From Actinomycetes bacterium (GTDB lineage: Bacteria > Actinomycetota > Acidimicrobiia > Acidimicrobiales > JAKAOS01), in assembly GCA_021823165.1 (NCBI GenBank), contig JAKAOS010000001.1, positions 4,543 through 68,542 on the forward strand: 64,000 bases of DNA, given 5' to 3'. How positions within the stretch are numbered: position 1 is the stretch's first letter; each line of letters starts with the position of its first letter. This document shows, one piece after another, positions 39,877 to 50,390 of the stretch. Under the pieces are notes generated by a model. The model was not told the DNA's origin. It saw only the letters and a program-made list of their open reading frames with translations, and did no database searches. A program made the translations under genes and the position numbers.

Positions 39877-41101
39877 GCTGTTGGCAGTTGGCCGGATCAC
39901 AGACCTTGACGCCCTCGGCCCCGCCGAGACACTGGAGTCCTATGTCGGGCGCGGTGGTTATGAGGGGTTGCGCAGGGCGTTGTCGATGGAACCCGAACAG
40001 ATCACCGCCCAAGTGGACCAGGCCGGCGTCGTCGGCCGGGGGGGAGCGGGATTCCCCGCCGCGGCCAAATGGCGCATGGCTGCGGCCAATCCCGGCCCTC
40101 GTTACCTGGTGGTAAACGGAGCCGAAGGCGAACCCGGCTCCTACAAGGACCGCCATCTGATGGCCCGGGCGCCGCACCAGGTGTTGGAGGGCATCGCCAT
40201 AGCCTCCAGGGCGATAGGTGCAACCACGGCGGTTGTGTATGTAAACAGGCTTTTTGCAAAAGCGGGAGCCGCCCTGGAGGCGGCCGCTGGGGAACTGGGT
40301 TCCAGTGATTTGGCAAAGGCCCTCCCGAAGCTCTCGGTTCGGGTGGAGCACCATGTCTACATTGCGGGCGAGGAGACCGCGCTGCTTGCCGCCCTCATCG
40401 GCCGGCCGCCCTGGCCCTGGCCAAAGCCCCCCTATCCCGCCGAGCGCGGGCTGTATGGATCACCCACGGTGGTGAACAATGTCGAGACTCTGGCACATGT
40501 CTCGGCGGTGCTGCGTCTCGGGCCGGCCTGGTATCAAAACCAACGCCCCATTCTTTTCTCCGTCACCGGGGATGTCTCCACTCCGGTCGTGGTCGAGTCG
40601 AGCCTCGGGGTGAGCCTGGAATCGCTTTTGTCCCAGGCGGGGGGAGTGATGAGGGGCGACGAGGTAGCGGGGGTGCTGCCTGGGGGTTACTCCCTGCCGT
40701 GGTTGGGGGCCGACCAGTTGGGACTCGCCATGGATCCAGTGGCCCTGGCCGAGGCTGGCACCGGGCTCGGGGCTTCGATCATCGTGGTCGGACGGCGCCG
40801 GGGGCTTGGTTCTGCAGCGGCGGCCATTGCGGCATTTTTCGCCCGGGAAACCTGCGGCACCTGCCCAATCTGTGTCACCGGCACCGCGCGTCTGGCCGAG
40901 GCCATGGCGGCGGGAGTCGACAGTGGCTTGGTGCCAGAGAGGGCGGAGGCGGTCGAAAGCCTGGCTGCGGAGCACCGCCACCGGGGTATCTGCACCCTGT
41001 TGGACACAGCAGCGGCCATGGCCCAGAGCGCAGCGCCGAGGCTGGTTTCCCATGGTCGCAGGGCTGGCGCATTTACTCCCATGGCAACAAAGCAAAGCTG
41101 A
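39869..41101 (+). CDS. NuoF-like NAD(H)-binding FMN/[4Fe-4S] flavoprotein (orphan, no NuoE/G nearby)
   Basis: 'GRGGAGFPAAAKW', 'NGAEGEPGSYKDRHLM' and 'ETCGTCPIC...GICTLLD'. ATG 39869 overlaps the beta-subunit stop by 8 nt. Confidence 0.85.
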   Translation: MSELLAVGRITDLDALGPAETLESYVGRGGYEGLRRALSMEPEQITAQVDQAGVVGRGGAGFPAAAKWRMAAANPGPRYLVVNGAEGEPGSYKDRHLMARAPHQVLEGIAIASRAIGATTAVVYVNRLFAKAGAALEAAAGELGSSDLAKALPKLSVRVEHHVYIAGEETALLAALIGRPPWPWPKPPYPAERGLYGSPTVVNNVETLAHVSAVLRLGPAWYQNQRPILFSVTGDVSTPVVVESSLGVSLESLLSQAGGVMRGDEVAGVLPGGYSLPWLGADQLGLAMDPVALAEAGTGLGASIIVVGRRRGLGSAAAAIAAFFARETCGTCPICVTGTARLAEAMAAGVDSGLVPERAEAVESLAAEHRHRGICTLLDTAAAMAQSAAPRLVSHGRRAGAFTPMATKQS

Positions 41102-41163
41102 GCAGGCCCAGGTCGCCGTCTTGGCCAGTGGGCTTGGTAGGTGCCGGTACTAGATTGGCCCAG

Positions 41164-42345
41164 ATGTCTCGGTCCTCATCCCAGCAAGTAGCGGTCATCG
41201 GGGCGGGCGTGATCGGTCTGTCCGTCGCCTGGGAGTTGGCCACATCGGGTCTCGGGGTGACAGTTGTTGACCCCGCTCCCGGTTCTGGAGCTTCGGGGGT
41301 GGCCGCCGGAATGCTCGCGGCGGTCACCGAGGCTCACTTCACCGAACCCGATCTGGCGGGGGCGAACGTGTTGTCCCTGTCGCTGTGGCCGGGATATGCA
41401 TCCAGGCTGGAGGCCGCTTCGGGGATGGTGGTCGGCTTGGAGAGGGCCGGAACTCTGGTGGTGGCCGGTGATCCCTCAGACCGGGATGCCCTGGCGCAGC
41501 TGGGCCGTTTTGTGAACTCCATCGGCCTTGAGGCCGAGTGGATCGGGGCCAGGGAACTTCGCAGGCGAGAACCGCTACTGTCGCCGAATCTCACCGGGGC
41601 CCTTTTTGCTCCCGGCGACTACAGCGTCAACAACCGATCCCTTCATGCTGCGTTGCTGGCGGCGTGCAAGACGGCGGGAGTGGACTTTGTGCAGGAGGCT
41701 GCATCGGGGGTCGCCACATCGGATGCCACGGCGATAGGTGTCACCATCTCCGGCGGGGAGCTGATCGCTGCGGAGTGGGTTGTGGTTGCGGCCGGGGCCT
41801 GGACCGCGGGGATATCGGGCCTGCCCCTTTCGCTGACCTCCGCTCTGCGGCCGATAAAGGGCCACATCCTGCGGTTGTCGCCCACCGAACGGGCCGGCCC
41901 TCTTCCTCTTTTGTCCCACACGGTGCGGGGATTGGTCAACGGCCGCCCGGTCTATTTGGTTCCCCGCGCGGACCGAGAGTTGGTCCTGGGGGCCACCAGC
42001 GAGGAACGCGGCTTTGATTTGCGCAAAGAGGCAGGGAGCGTCGGGGACCTGTTGCAGGACGCCAGGGCCGTGCTGCCGGCCATAGATCACTGCGAACTGA
42101 CCGAGATCGGGGTGGGGTTGCGGCCGGGGTCCTTCGACAACGCTCCGGTGGTGGGCAGGGTGGGACCCAGGGGACTGGTGGCGGCCTGCGGGCATTACCG
42201 CAACGGCATCCTCCTAGCGCCCCTCACCGCCGAGTTGGTTGCCGACGAGATCCTCGGGAACAGCCGCCACAGCATCCCATCCTTTTTGCCCTCCCGGCTG
42301 GTCGAGCGAAAGAATCCAGCACTCCAGGAGGGGGGCCTTGGCTGA
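41164..42345 (+). CDS. thiO: Glycine oxidase
   Basis: 'VAVIGAGVIGLSVAWELA' FAD motif. It sits in thiO-thiS-thiG-thiD order. Start set at the internal ATG of ORF 40699..42345. Confidence 0.85.
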   Translation: MSRSSSQQVAVIGAGVIGLSVAWELATSGLGVTVVDPAPGSGASGVAAGMLAAVTEAHFTEPDLAGANVLSLSLWPGYASRLEAASGMVVGLERAGTLVVAGDPSDRDALAQLGRFVNSIGLEAEWIGARELRRREPLLSPNLTGALFAPGDYSVNNRSLHAALLAACKTAGVDFVQEAASGVATSDATAIGVTISGGELIAAEWVVVAAGAWTAGISGLPLSLTSALRPIKGHILRLSPTERAGPLPLLSHTVRGLVNGRPVYLVPRADRELVLGATSEERGFDLRKEAGSVGDLLQDARAVLPAIDHCELTEIGVGLRPGSFDNAPVVGRVGPRGLVAACGHYRNGILLAPLTAELVADEILGNSRHSIPSFLPSRLVERKNPALQEGGLG

Positions 42346-42373
42346 ACCGAGCGCGGATAGGGGTGGATCAGAG

Positions 42374-44293
<1,920 letters not shown>

Positions 44294-44697
44294 AAACAAC
44301 GGTCCGGGGGTGATGACAGCACCCGTTTGGCCGCGATGCCACCCCTGGGTTGGTGCATGGTTGTAAACGAAGCCGGTCCCTGAAGCGAACCCTTGGGCAC
44401 CCAGGTGCCGCGATCCCGCCCCTGTCGTCATGTTCCCAAAGGCGTCTATTGCCTCGCCGGTATCGAGTCTCTTGGGCACCTGTACTGGGCACATGGCCCA
44501 GCTGCCGAGGCGGAGCGCTCGGGCCCCATTGGCTGGGAGCCCGATCTGGGGCCGTCTCGGGCGGTGGTGGCGGGGAGTAGATGGACACGCGGCGTTAACA
44601 GGGGAGAAATGATGCGTTTCCTTGGAGGAACCAAAGTTGCTGATGTGATGGTCCCGAGGAGGGGCCAGCGGATGTCAACCGTTTCCCAGGAGAGGTC

Positions 44698-46083
44698 ATG
44701 TCAGCCAGCGATCCCGCAGCTTCTGTCAACCCGGTTCCCACCACTGCAGAGGAACTCGCCGCGGCCGTAGAACGTGACGGGGTGGAGTTCATGCTCGCGA
44801 TGTTTGTGGACATGCATGGAAAACCCTGTGCCAAACTGATTCCCGCCTCATCGGTGGAAGAGACCGCCAAATCTGGTGCGGGCTTTGCGGGCTTTGCGGC
44901 CGGCGCACTGGGCCAGACCCCGGCCGATCCCGACCTTGCGGCCATTCCCGATCCCCGTTCCTACACGGTGCTGCCGTGGAAGCCGGAGGTGGCCGTGGTC
45001 CAGTGCGACCCGACGGTGGGGGGAGAACCCTGGCCCTTTGCCCCCAGGGTGATCCTGGGCAGGCGCCTTGCCGCTTTGGCGGAGCGTTCGATGACTCTCA
45101 TGTGCGGAGCGGAGGCGGAGTACTTCTTGGTGCGCCGTTCGCCCGAGGGAGAGGTGATCCTCGCCGACGACCAGGACAGCGCAGCCTCCCCCTGTTACGA
45201 CGTTCGCGGCCTCATGCGGATGTATGACCACCTTGCTGCGGTGTCGCGGCATCTGAACTCTTTGGGTTGGGGCAACTACGCAAACGACCACGAGGATGCC
45301 AACGGGCAGTTCGAACAGAACTTTCGGTATGCAGATGCCATGACGACCGCGGACAGGCTCGTGCTCTTCCGATACCTGGTCCACTCCCTGGCCGAGGAGG
45401 CGGGCATGGAGGCGACCTTCATGCCCAAACCATTTTCGAACCTGACCGGCAACGGCTTGCACGTTCATTTGAGCCTTTGGTCCCACCAGGGCGATGAGCT
45501 CTTCGTGGATCCCGATGACCCCCGGGGCCTCGGGGTTTCTGGTCTTGGCTATCAGTTCATTGCAGGAATGCTGCAGCATGCTCGCTCCGCCGCCGCCATT
45601 ACCTGCCCCACGGTGAACTCCTACAAGCGCATGGGGGCCGGCCCTCCCCTGTCCGGTGCCACATGGGCACCTGCATATGTCGCCTATGGGGGCAACAACA
45701 GAACACACATGTTGCGGATCCCCGAACCCGGCCGGGTCGAGAACCGGGCGGTGGATGGGCTGGCAAATCCCTATCTCGCCTTTGCCGTGCTCCTGGAGGC
45801 CGGCCTCGACGGAGTCGACAGGGGACTGGACCCCGGGGAGCCGAATACCGCGAACCTCTTCGAGGCTGGCGTTGCAGACAAGGCGGGGCTTGGCTCCCTC
45901 CCCCCGACGCTGCTGCATGCCGCCGATGAACTGGTGAAAGACGACGTGCTGCGTTCCGCCCTCGGCAAGACCCCCCGCGGGGAGTACATCGACTACTACG
46001 CAGAGCTCAAGCGGCAGGAGTTCTTTGCGTATCACTCTCAGGTCAGTTCATGGGAGATCGATACCTATCTTTCCCGGGTCTGA
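44698..46083 (+). CDS. Glutamine synthetase-family protein, gamma-glutamyl-amine (GmaS/PuuA-like) synthetase candidate
   Basis: 461-aa GS catalytic-domain pattern with 'GAEAEYFL', 'HEDANGQFEQNF', 'ATFMPKP', 'GNGLHVHLSLW' and 'NRTHMLRIP'. Confidence 0.88.
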   Translation: MSASDPAASVNPVPTTAEELAAAVERDGVEFMLAMFVDMHGKPCAKLIPASSVEETAKSGAGFAGFAAGALGQTPADPDLAAIPDPRSYTVLPWKPEVAVVQCDPTVGGEPWPFAPRVILGRRLAALAERSMTLMCGAEAEYFLVRRSPEGEVILADDQDSAASPCYDVRGLMRMYDHLAAVSRHLNSLGWGNYANDHEDANGQFEQNFRYADAMTTADRLVLFRYLVHSLAEEAGMEATFMPKPFSNLTGNGLHVHLSLWSHQGDELFVDPDDPRGLGVSGLGYQFIAGMLQHARSAAAITCPTVNSYKRMGAGPPLSGATWAPAYVAYGGNNRTHMLRIPEPGRVENRAVDGLANPYLAFAVLLEAGLDGVDRGLDPGEPNTANLFEAGVADKAGLGSLPPTLLHAADELVKDDVLRSALGKTPRGEYIDYYAELKRQEFFAYHSQVSSWEIDTYLSRV

Positions 46084-46167
46084 GTTGTCTCTAAAGAAAC
46101 GAAGTAGTATGCTAGGAAACATTGCTGGCTCGGATCAGGGGATCGCCAGCCGATCGAGGAGGCGCCT

Positions 46168-47070
46168 ATGTGCGGAATAGCCTGCCTGTTGCTGAAGGAC
46201 GACTCACTGCAAAGTCGTCTTGGTGAGCTGATGGTTCCCATGGTGCAGGCCATGGAGGAGAGGGGAGCAGACTCGGCGGGTATTGCGATCTTCGGCCCCG
46301 GGGAACCCGCAGGTCTTCGCTTCTCCCTTTTAGCCAAACCGGGTGTCAACTGGGAGGACCTGGCGGCAGATCTTGCCGGTGAAGTCGGCGCCGATGTCAC
46401 CCTGGGCCGTAGGGCAGGGGCGAATGGGACCATTGCGACTCTGTTATGTGACTCCGATCCCCTTGTTTTCTCCAAGGCCCTCGAGGCTGTGGTGCCCAGC
46501 GTGGCTCTTTTGGGCTGGGGCCGTTCGGTGGAGGTGCTGAAGGCCACCGGGGCACCCAGCCAGATGTGCGAGGAGTACGGCATTGGGAACCTGGCCGGCC
46601 ACATCGGCCTGGCGCATACCCGTATGGCTACGGAGTCCGCAGTGACCGCAGAGCATTCCCATCCCTTTGTCCCCAGCCAGGACCTGGCGATTGTCCACAA
46701 TGGGAGCTTTTCAAACCACGCGACCGTCCGAAGAAGGCTGGAGGCGGAGGGCATCAGACTCGACACCGACAACGACTCAGAGGTGGCCGCCCGCTTTTTG
46801 GCCCTGCGCCTGGGCGAGGGGGACTCCCTTGATGGAGCGGTTCGGCACCTGACTGTGGAGATGGACGGCTTTTTCACCCTCGTGGTCGCCACCGCAGATG
46901 AGATATCGGTCGTGCGGGACGCCTTTTCCTGCAAGCCCGCAGTGGTTGCCGAAACCGAAGATTACGTAGCGGTCGCCTCGGAGTACAGGGCTCTGGCGAC
47001 ACTTCCCGGAATCGAGTTGGCAAAGGTGTTCGAGCCGCAGCCCGAGGAGGTCTACACGTGGTCACGCTGA
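46168..47070 (+). CDS. Class-II glutamine amidotransferase-like protein (GltB N-domain homolog; MgsA/GlxB-like)
   Basis: Ntn start 'MCGIACLLLK' and 'GLAHTRMATES'. Confidence 0.85.
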   Translation: MCGIACLLLKDDSLQSRLGELMVPMVQAMEERGADSAGIAIFGPGEPAGLRFSLLAKPGVNWEDLAADLAGEVGADVTLGRRAGANGTIATLLCDSDPLVFSKALEAVVPSVALLGWGRSVEVLKATGAPSQMCEEYGIGNLAGHIGLAHTRMATESAVTAEHSHPFVPSQDLAIVHNGSFSNHATVRRRLEAEGIRLDTDNDSEVAARFLALRLGEGDSLDGAVRHLTVEMDGFFTLVVATADEISVVRDAFSCKPAVVAETEDYVAVASEYRALATLPGIELAKVFEPQPEEVYTWSR

Positions 47071-47750
47071 ACTGCGAGGGTGTGGGCACAAGGGAGATCA
47101 ACAGAACTCTCCAGTCCCTCCCCGAGGGTGCAACGGCGGTGCTGGAGGCCCCAGGTGGCCGCCACAACCTGGTGGTCGGCGTATCGGAGCCGATAAAAGT
47201 CCAGGTGATGGGCAACGCGGGTTACTACCTGGGTGGCCTGTGCGGCTCCAAGGACGCAACGGGTCTCGAAATCAGGGTGAAGGGGTTCACTGGCTGGGGA
47301 ACCGGTGAGAACCTGATGGGCGGCACCATCGTGGTGGAGGGCAGTGTCTCTCAGAGCACCGGCGCCTCGGCCAGGGGTGGGCTGATTGTGGTGGAGGGTG
47401 ACGCATCGCTGCGCACGGGCATCTCGCTCAAGGGGGCCACCATCGCCGTCGCAGGAGACAGCGGGGCGATGACGGGCTTCATGGCCCAGGCCGGGACCAT
47501 CCTCATTGGCGGGGACGCCGGGCACGCCCTTGGGGACTCATTGTTCGAAGCGGTCATCTATGTGGCGGGGCGTATTCGCTCCCTGGGCGCCGACGCCCGG
47601 ATAGAGGACCTGACAGAGGAGGACGTTGCTGCGGTGAAGAACCTCGTGGAAAAGGCGGGATTCGACCATATCTCGCCCGGCGATGTGACAAGGGTTGCAT
47701 CTGCCAAGCAGCTTTACCACTTCCGCTCCGAGCACCGGGGGATCTACTGA
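47058..47750 (+). CDS. GXGXG-motif protein (GltB C-domain homolog; MgsB/GlxC-like)
   Basis: Beta-helix repeats 'GNAGYYLGG', 'MGGTIVVEGS', 'RGGLIVVEGD' and 'GTILIGGDAG'. 13-nt overlap with the upstream gene. Confidence 0.85.
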   Translation: MVTLNCEGVGTREINRTLQSLPEGATAVLEAPGGRHNLVVGVSEPIKVQVMGNAGYYLGGLCGSKDATGLEIRVKGFTGWGTGENLMGGTIVVEGSVSQSTGASARGGLIVVEGDASLRTGISLKGATIAVAGDSGAMTGFMAQAGTILIGGDAGHALGDSLFEAVIYVAGRIRSLGADARIEDLTEEDVAAVKNLVEKAGFDHISPGDVTRVASAKQLYHFRSEHRGIY

Positions 47751-49096
47751 TGAAAACCGCTCCCGAACCGCACAACCACAGCTTCCCCAAAGAGGTGATC
47801 GGCCGGATACACGAAATGGCCGAGAGCGGAAACTACGTGATCCGGGGCCTGGGGGCGAGGCGGCGCCTGCCAAGCTTCGATGACCTGAGCTTTCTCACCG
47901 CGTCCGCTTCCCGATACCCCCTCGAGGGCTATCGGGAGCAGTGCAGCACCCAGACGGTGCTGGGGGCACGCAATGGTGCCAAGCCCATCGTGTTGGACAT
48001 ACCAATCACCATTGCCGGCATGAGCTTTGGCGCCCTGTCGGCCTCGGCTAAAGAGGCCCTGGGTAGGGCGGCGAGTGCGGTTGGGACGTCTACCACCACA
48101 GGCGATGGCGGCATGACCCCAGAGGAGCGCAAGGCATCGGCCAAACTCGTCTACCAGTTGCTCCCCTCCCGCTACGGCTTCGATCCGGGGGATCTCCGCC
48201 AGGCCGATGCGGTGGAGATCGTGATCGGCCAGGGTGCCAAGCCCGGAGGCGGTGGCCTCCTTCTGGGCCAGAAGGTCGACGAGAGGGTGGCCTCGATGCG
48301 GACTTTGCCCGCCGGGATCGACCAGCGCTCCGCCAGCCGGCACCCCGATTGGGTCGGCCCCGATGACCTGCAAATCAAGATCGAGGAGCTCCGGGAGGCC
48401 ACTGGGGGTGAGATCCCGGTTTATGTGAAGATTGGTGCCACCAGGGTTACCCACGACGTCAAGCTGGCGATAGCTGCTGGAGCCGACGTCGTTGTGGTCG
48501 ATGGAATGCAGGGCGGAACAGCCGCCACCCAGGAGGTCTTTATCGAGCACGCCGGGATCCCGACCCTCCCCGCGGTTCGTTTGGCCGCCGAGGCCATTGC
48601 CGATGCCAATGTCGATGGCGAGGTTCAGCTGATTGTCTCGGGAGGAATCCGCTCCGGCGCGGATGTCGCCAAGGCACTAGCCCTGGGCGCCGATGCGGTC
48701 TCTCTTGGTGTCGCATCCTTGGTGGCATTGGGTTGCAATCGCGGGCACTACCAAAGCCCACTGGGCAAGCTTGTGGACCTCGAGGCCGACTACAGGGCGA
48801 TTGGCACCAGGCCGGGGGAGTGCGCCCACTGCCACACCGGGCTCTGCCCGGTCGGTATTGCAACCCAGGAGCCGGCCCTTGAGCAACGATTGGACGTGGA
48901 GGCGGCCGCGGAGCATGTTGCCAACTTCCTGCGCGCCACCACCATGGAGGTGACCGCCATTGCCAGGGCATGTGGGAAATCCGACGTGCATCACCTGGAG
49001 CCGGAGGATTTGGTGGCCCTGAGCATCGAGGCCGCTGCGATGGCGAGGGTTCCACTGGCAGGCACCGACTGGATCCCGGGAATGGGTAGGCCGTGA
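47750..49096 (+). CDS. FMN-binding glutamate-synthase-family protein (GltB central-domain homolog; MgsC/GlxD-like)
   Basis: 'GAKPGGGGLLLG', 'VVVVDGMQGGTAA', 'VSGGIRSGADVAKALALGADAV' and '[13 protein letters not shown]'. TGATG junction with the upstream gene. Confidence 0.88.
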   Translation: MKTAPEPHNHSFPKEVIGRIHEMAESGNYVIRGLGARRRLPSFDDLSFLTASASRYPLEGYREQCSTQTVLGARNGAKPIVLDIPITIAGMSFGALSASAKEALGRAASAVGTSTTTGDGGMTPEERKASAKLVYQLLPSRYGFDPGDLRQADAVEIVIGQGAKPGGGGLLLGQKVDERVASMRTLPAGIDQRSASRHPDWVGPDDLQIKIEELREATGGEIPVYVKIGATRVTHDVKLAIAAGADVVVVDGMQGGTAATQEVFIEHAGIPTLPAVRLAAEAIADANVDGEVQLIVSGGIRSGADVAKALALGADAVSLGVASLVALGCNRGHYQSPLGKLVDLEADYRAIGTRPGECAHCHTGLCPVGIATQEPALEQRLDVEAAAEHVANFLRATTMEVTAIARACGKSDVHHLEPEDLVALSIEAAAMARVPLAGTDWIPGMGRP

Positions 49097-49129
49097 CCGG
49101 CACGAACCTGAGAAACAATCCTTATAAGT

Positions 49130-50317
49130 GTGGTTGCCGTGGCTGAACAAGATCGGGCAGTGATCATCGTCGGCGGGGGCATAGAGGGCCTTTCGATCGC
49201 CCGGGCGCTCGCCGCCCGGGGCGTCGGGCCGGTGACCCTTTTGGAGCGGGCCCACTTGGCTTCGGGCATGACCAGCAAGTCAAGTGGGGTAGTGCGGTGC
49301 CACTACGGGGTGGAATCCCTTGCTGCGATGGCTTGGCGTTCCGTCGGCATCCTGGAGGACTTGGGCATGGCGGCGGGATTTCGCCAGGTCGGCTATGTCG
49401 TTGGAGTTGGCGAGCAAAACACCGTTGCCCTCAAGGCAAATGTGGCCACACAGCAGGCACTCGGCATAGAAGTGGAGCTCATAGACCACGGCAAGGCAGC
49501 CGAGCTGTGGCCCCATGCCAAACTCGACGACTTCGCCGGCTTCGCCTACGAACCCCGCGGCGGTTACGGCGACGGCTACCAGACGGCGCAGAGCTTTGCA
49601 TCCCAGGCAAAGGATCTGGGCGCCGAACTGCGGCGGAAGACAGCTGTGGAGTCCCTTGTTCACTCCGCCGGGGAGATCACCGGTGTCGCCTTGGCAGACG
49701 GCAGCGTCATCAGGGCGCCAAAGGTGGTGGTTGCGGCCGGCATGCATAGCTCGGCACTCATGCAACCTTTGGGTATCGCGGTACCCCTCCGAGCGCAGTT
49801 GGCGCCCATCTTCCTGGTGGACCCCGGGCAGAGAACCGGAGCCATCCCGGTTCTTTCGGACTTGGTTTCTCTGCAGTATGTAAGGCCCGACGGAGCGGGC
49901 TCGCTGCTCATGGGTGGGAGCGACCACAACAACCCCACCTGGGTGGACCCAGACCGCTACCCGACGGGGCCCACGTGGGCCCACATGTCTGATGCCCTAT
50001 CCAAATTCGAATACCGCTTCCCAAAACTCACCGGAGCGTCCGTAGTCTCCTCCTACACCGGCTATTACGACGTAACCCCCGACTACAACCCGGTCATATC
50101 AGCCACCCCAATTGCGGGTCTGTATCTGGCGGCTGGATTCAGTGGTCATGGTTACAAGATCTCGCCGGCCGTAGGGGAGCTTATGGCGGATTTGATCTGT
50201 TGTGGGGAAAGCCAGTATCCCGGCATTGATCACAAAGATTTCCAGCTCCAACGCTTTGTTGAGAAACGACCGTTGCTGAGCCCGCACCCCTACGTGGGTG
50301 CCGGCGAGATGCGCTGA
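49130..50317 (+). CDS. FAD-dependent oxidoreductase (DAO / sarcosine-oxidase-beta-like)
   Basis: 'VIIVGGGIEGLSIARALAARG' and a C-terminal 'GFSGHGYKISPAVG'. Confidence 0.85.
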   Translation: MVAVAEQDRAVIIVGGGIEGLSIARALAARGVGPVTLLERAHLASGMTSKSSGVVRCHYGVESLAAMAWRSVGILEDLGMAAGFRQVGYVVGVGEQNTVALKANVATQQALGIEVELIDHGKAAELWPHAKLDDFAGFAYEPRGGYGDGYQTAQSFASQAKDLGAELRRKTAVESLVHSAGEITGVALADGSVIRAPKVVVAAGMHSSALMQPLGIAVPLRAQLAPIFLVDPGQRTGAIPVLSDLVSLQYVRPDGAGSLLMGGSDHNNPTWVDPDRYPTGPTWAHMSDALSKFEYRFPKLTGASVVSSYTGYYDVTPDYNPVISATPIAGLYLAAGFSGHGYKISPAVGELMADLICCGESQYPGIDHKDFQLQRFVEKRPLLSPHPYVGAGEMR

Positions 50318-50390
50318 GGGGGCCGAGGCGTGAAGGTGGGTGAGCTTGGGTCCTGTGCCAGAGACCCGGTCGCAGTTAGCATCTGTTGGC

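Noticed and set aside
41102-41163. TPP riboswitch upstream of thiO, also sought in 36219..36472.
   Set aside because: Neither region has a CUGAGA box or a pyrimidine-sensor helix consensus, and the 62-nt spacer is too short.
44392-44492. Sigma-54 promoter reading of the TGGGCAC repeats.
   Set aside because: The motif is TGGGCAC rather than TGGCAC, no TTGC follows at the required 5-nt spacing, and this lineage is not expected to use sigma-54. The repeats are kept only as candidate operator repeats.
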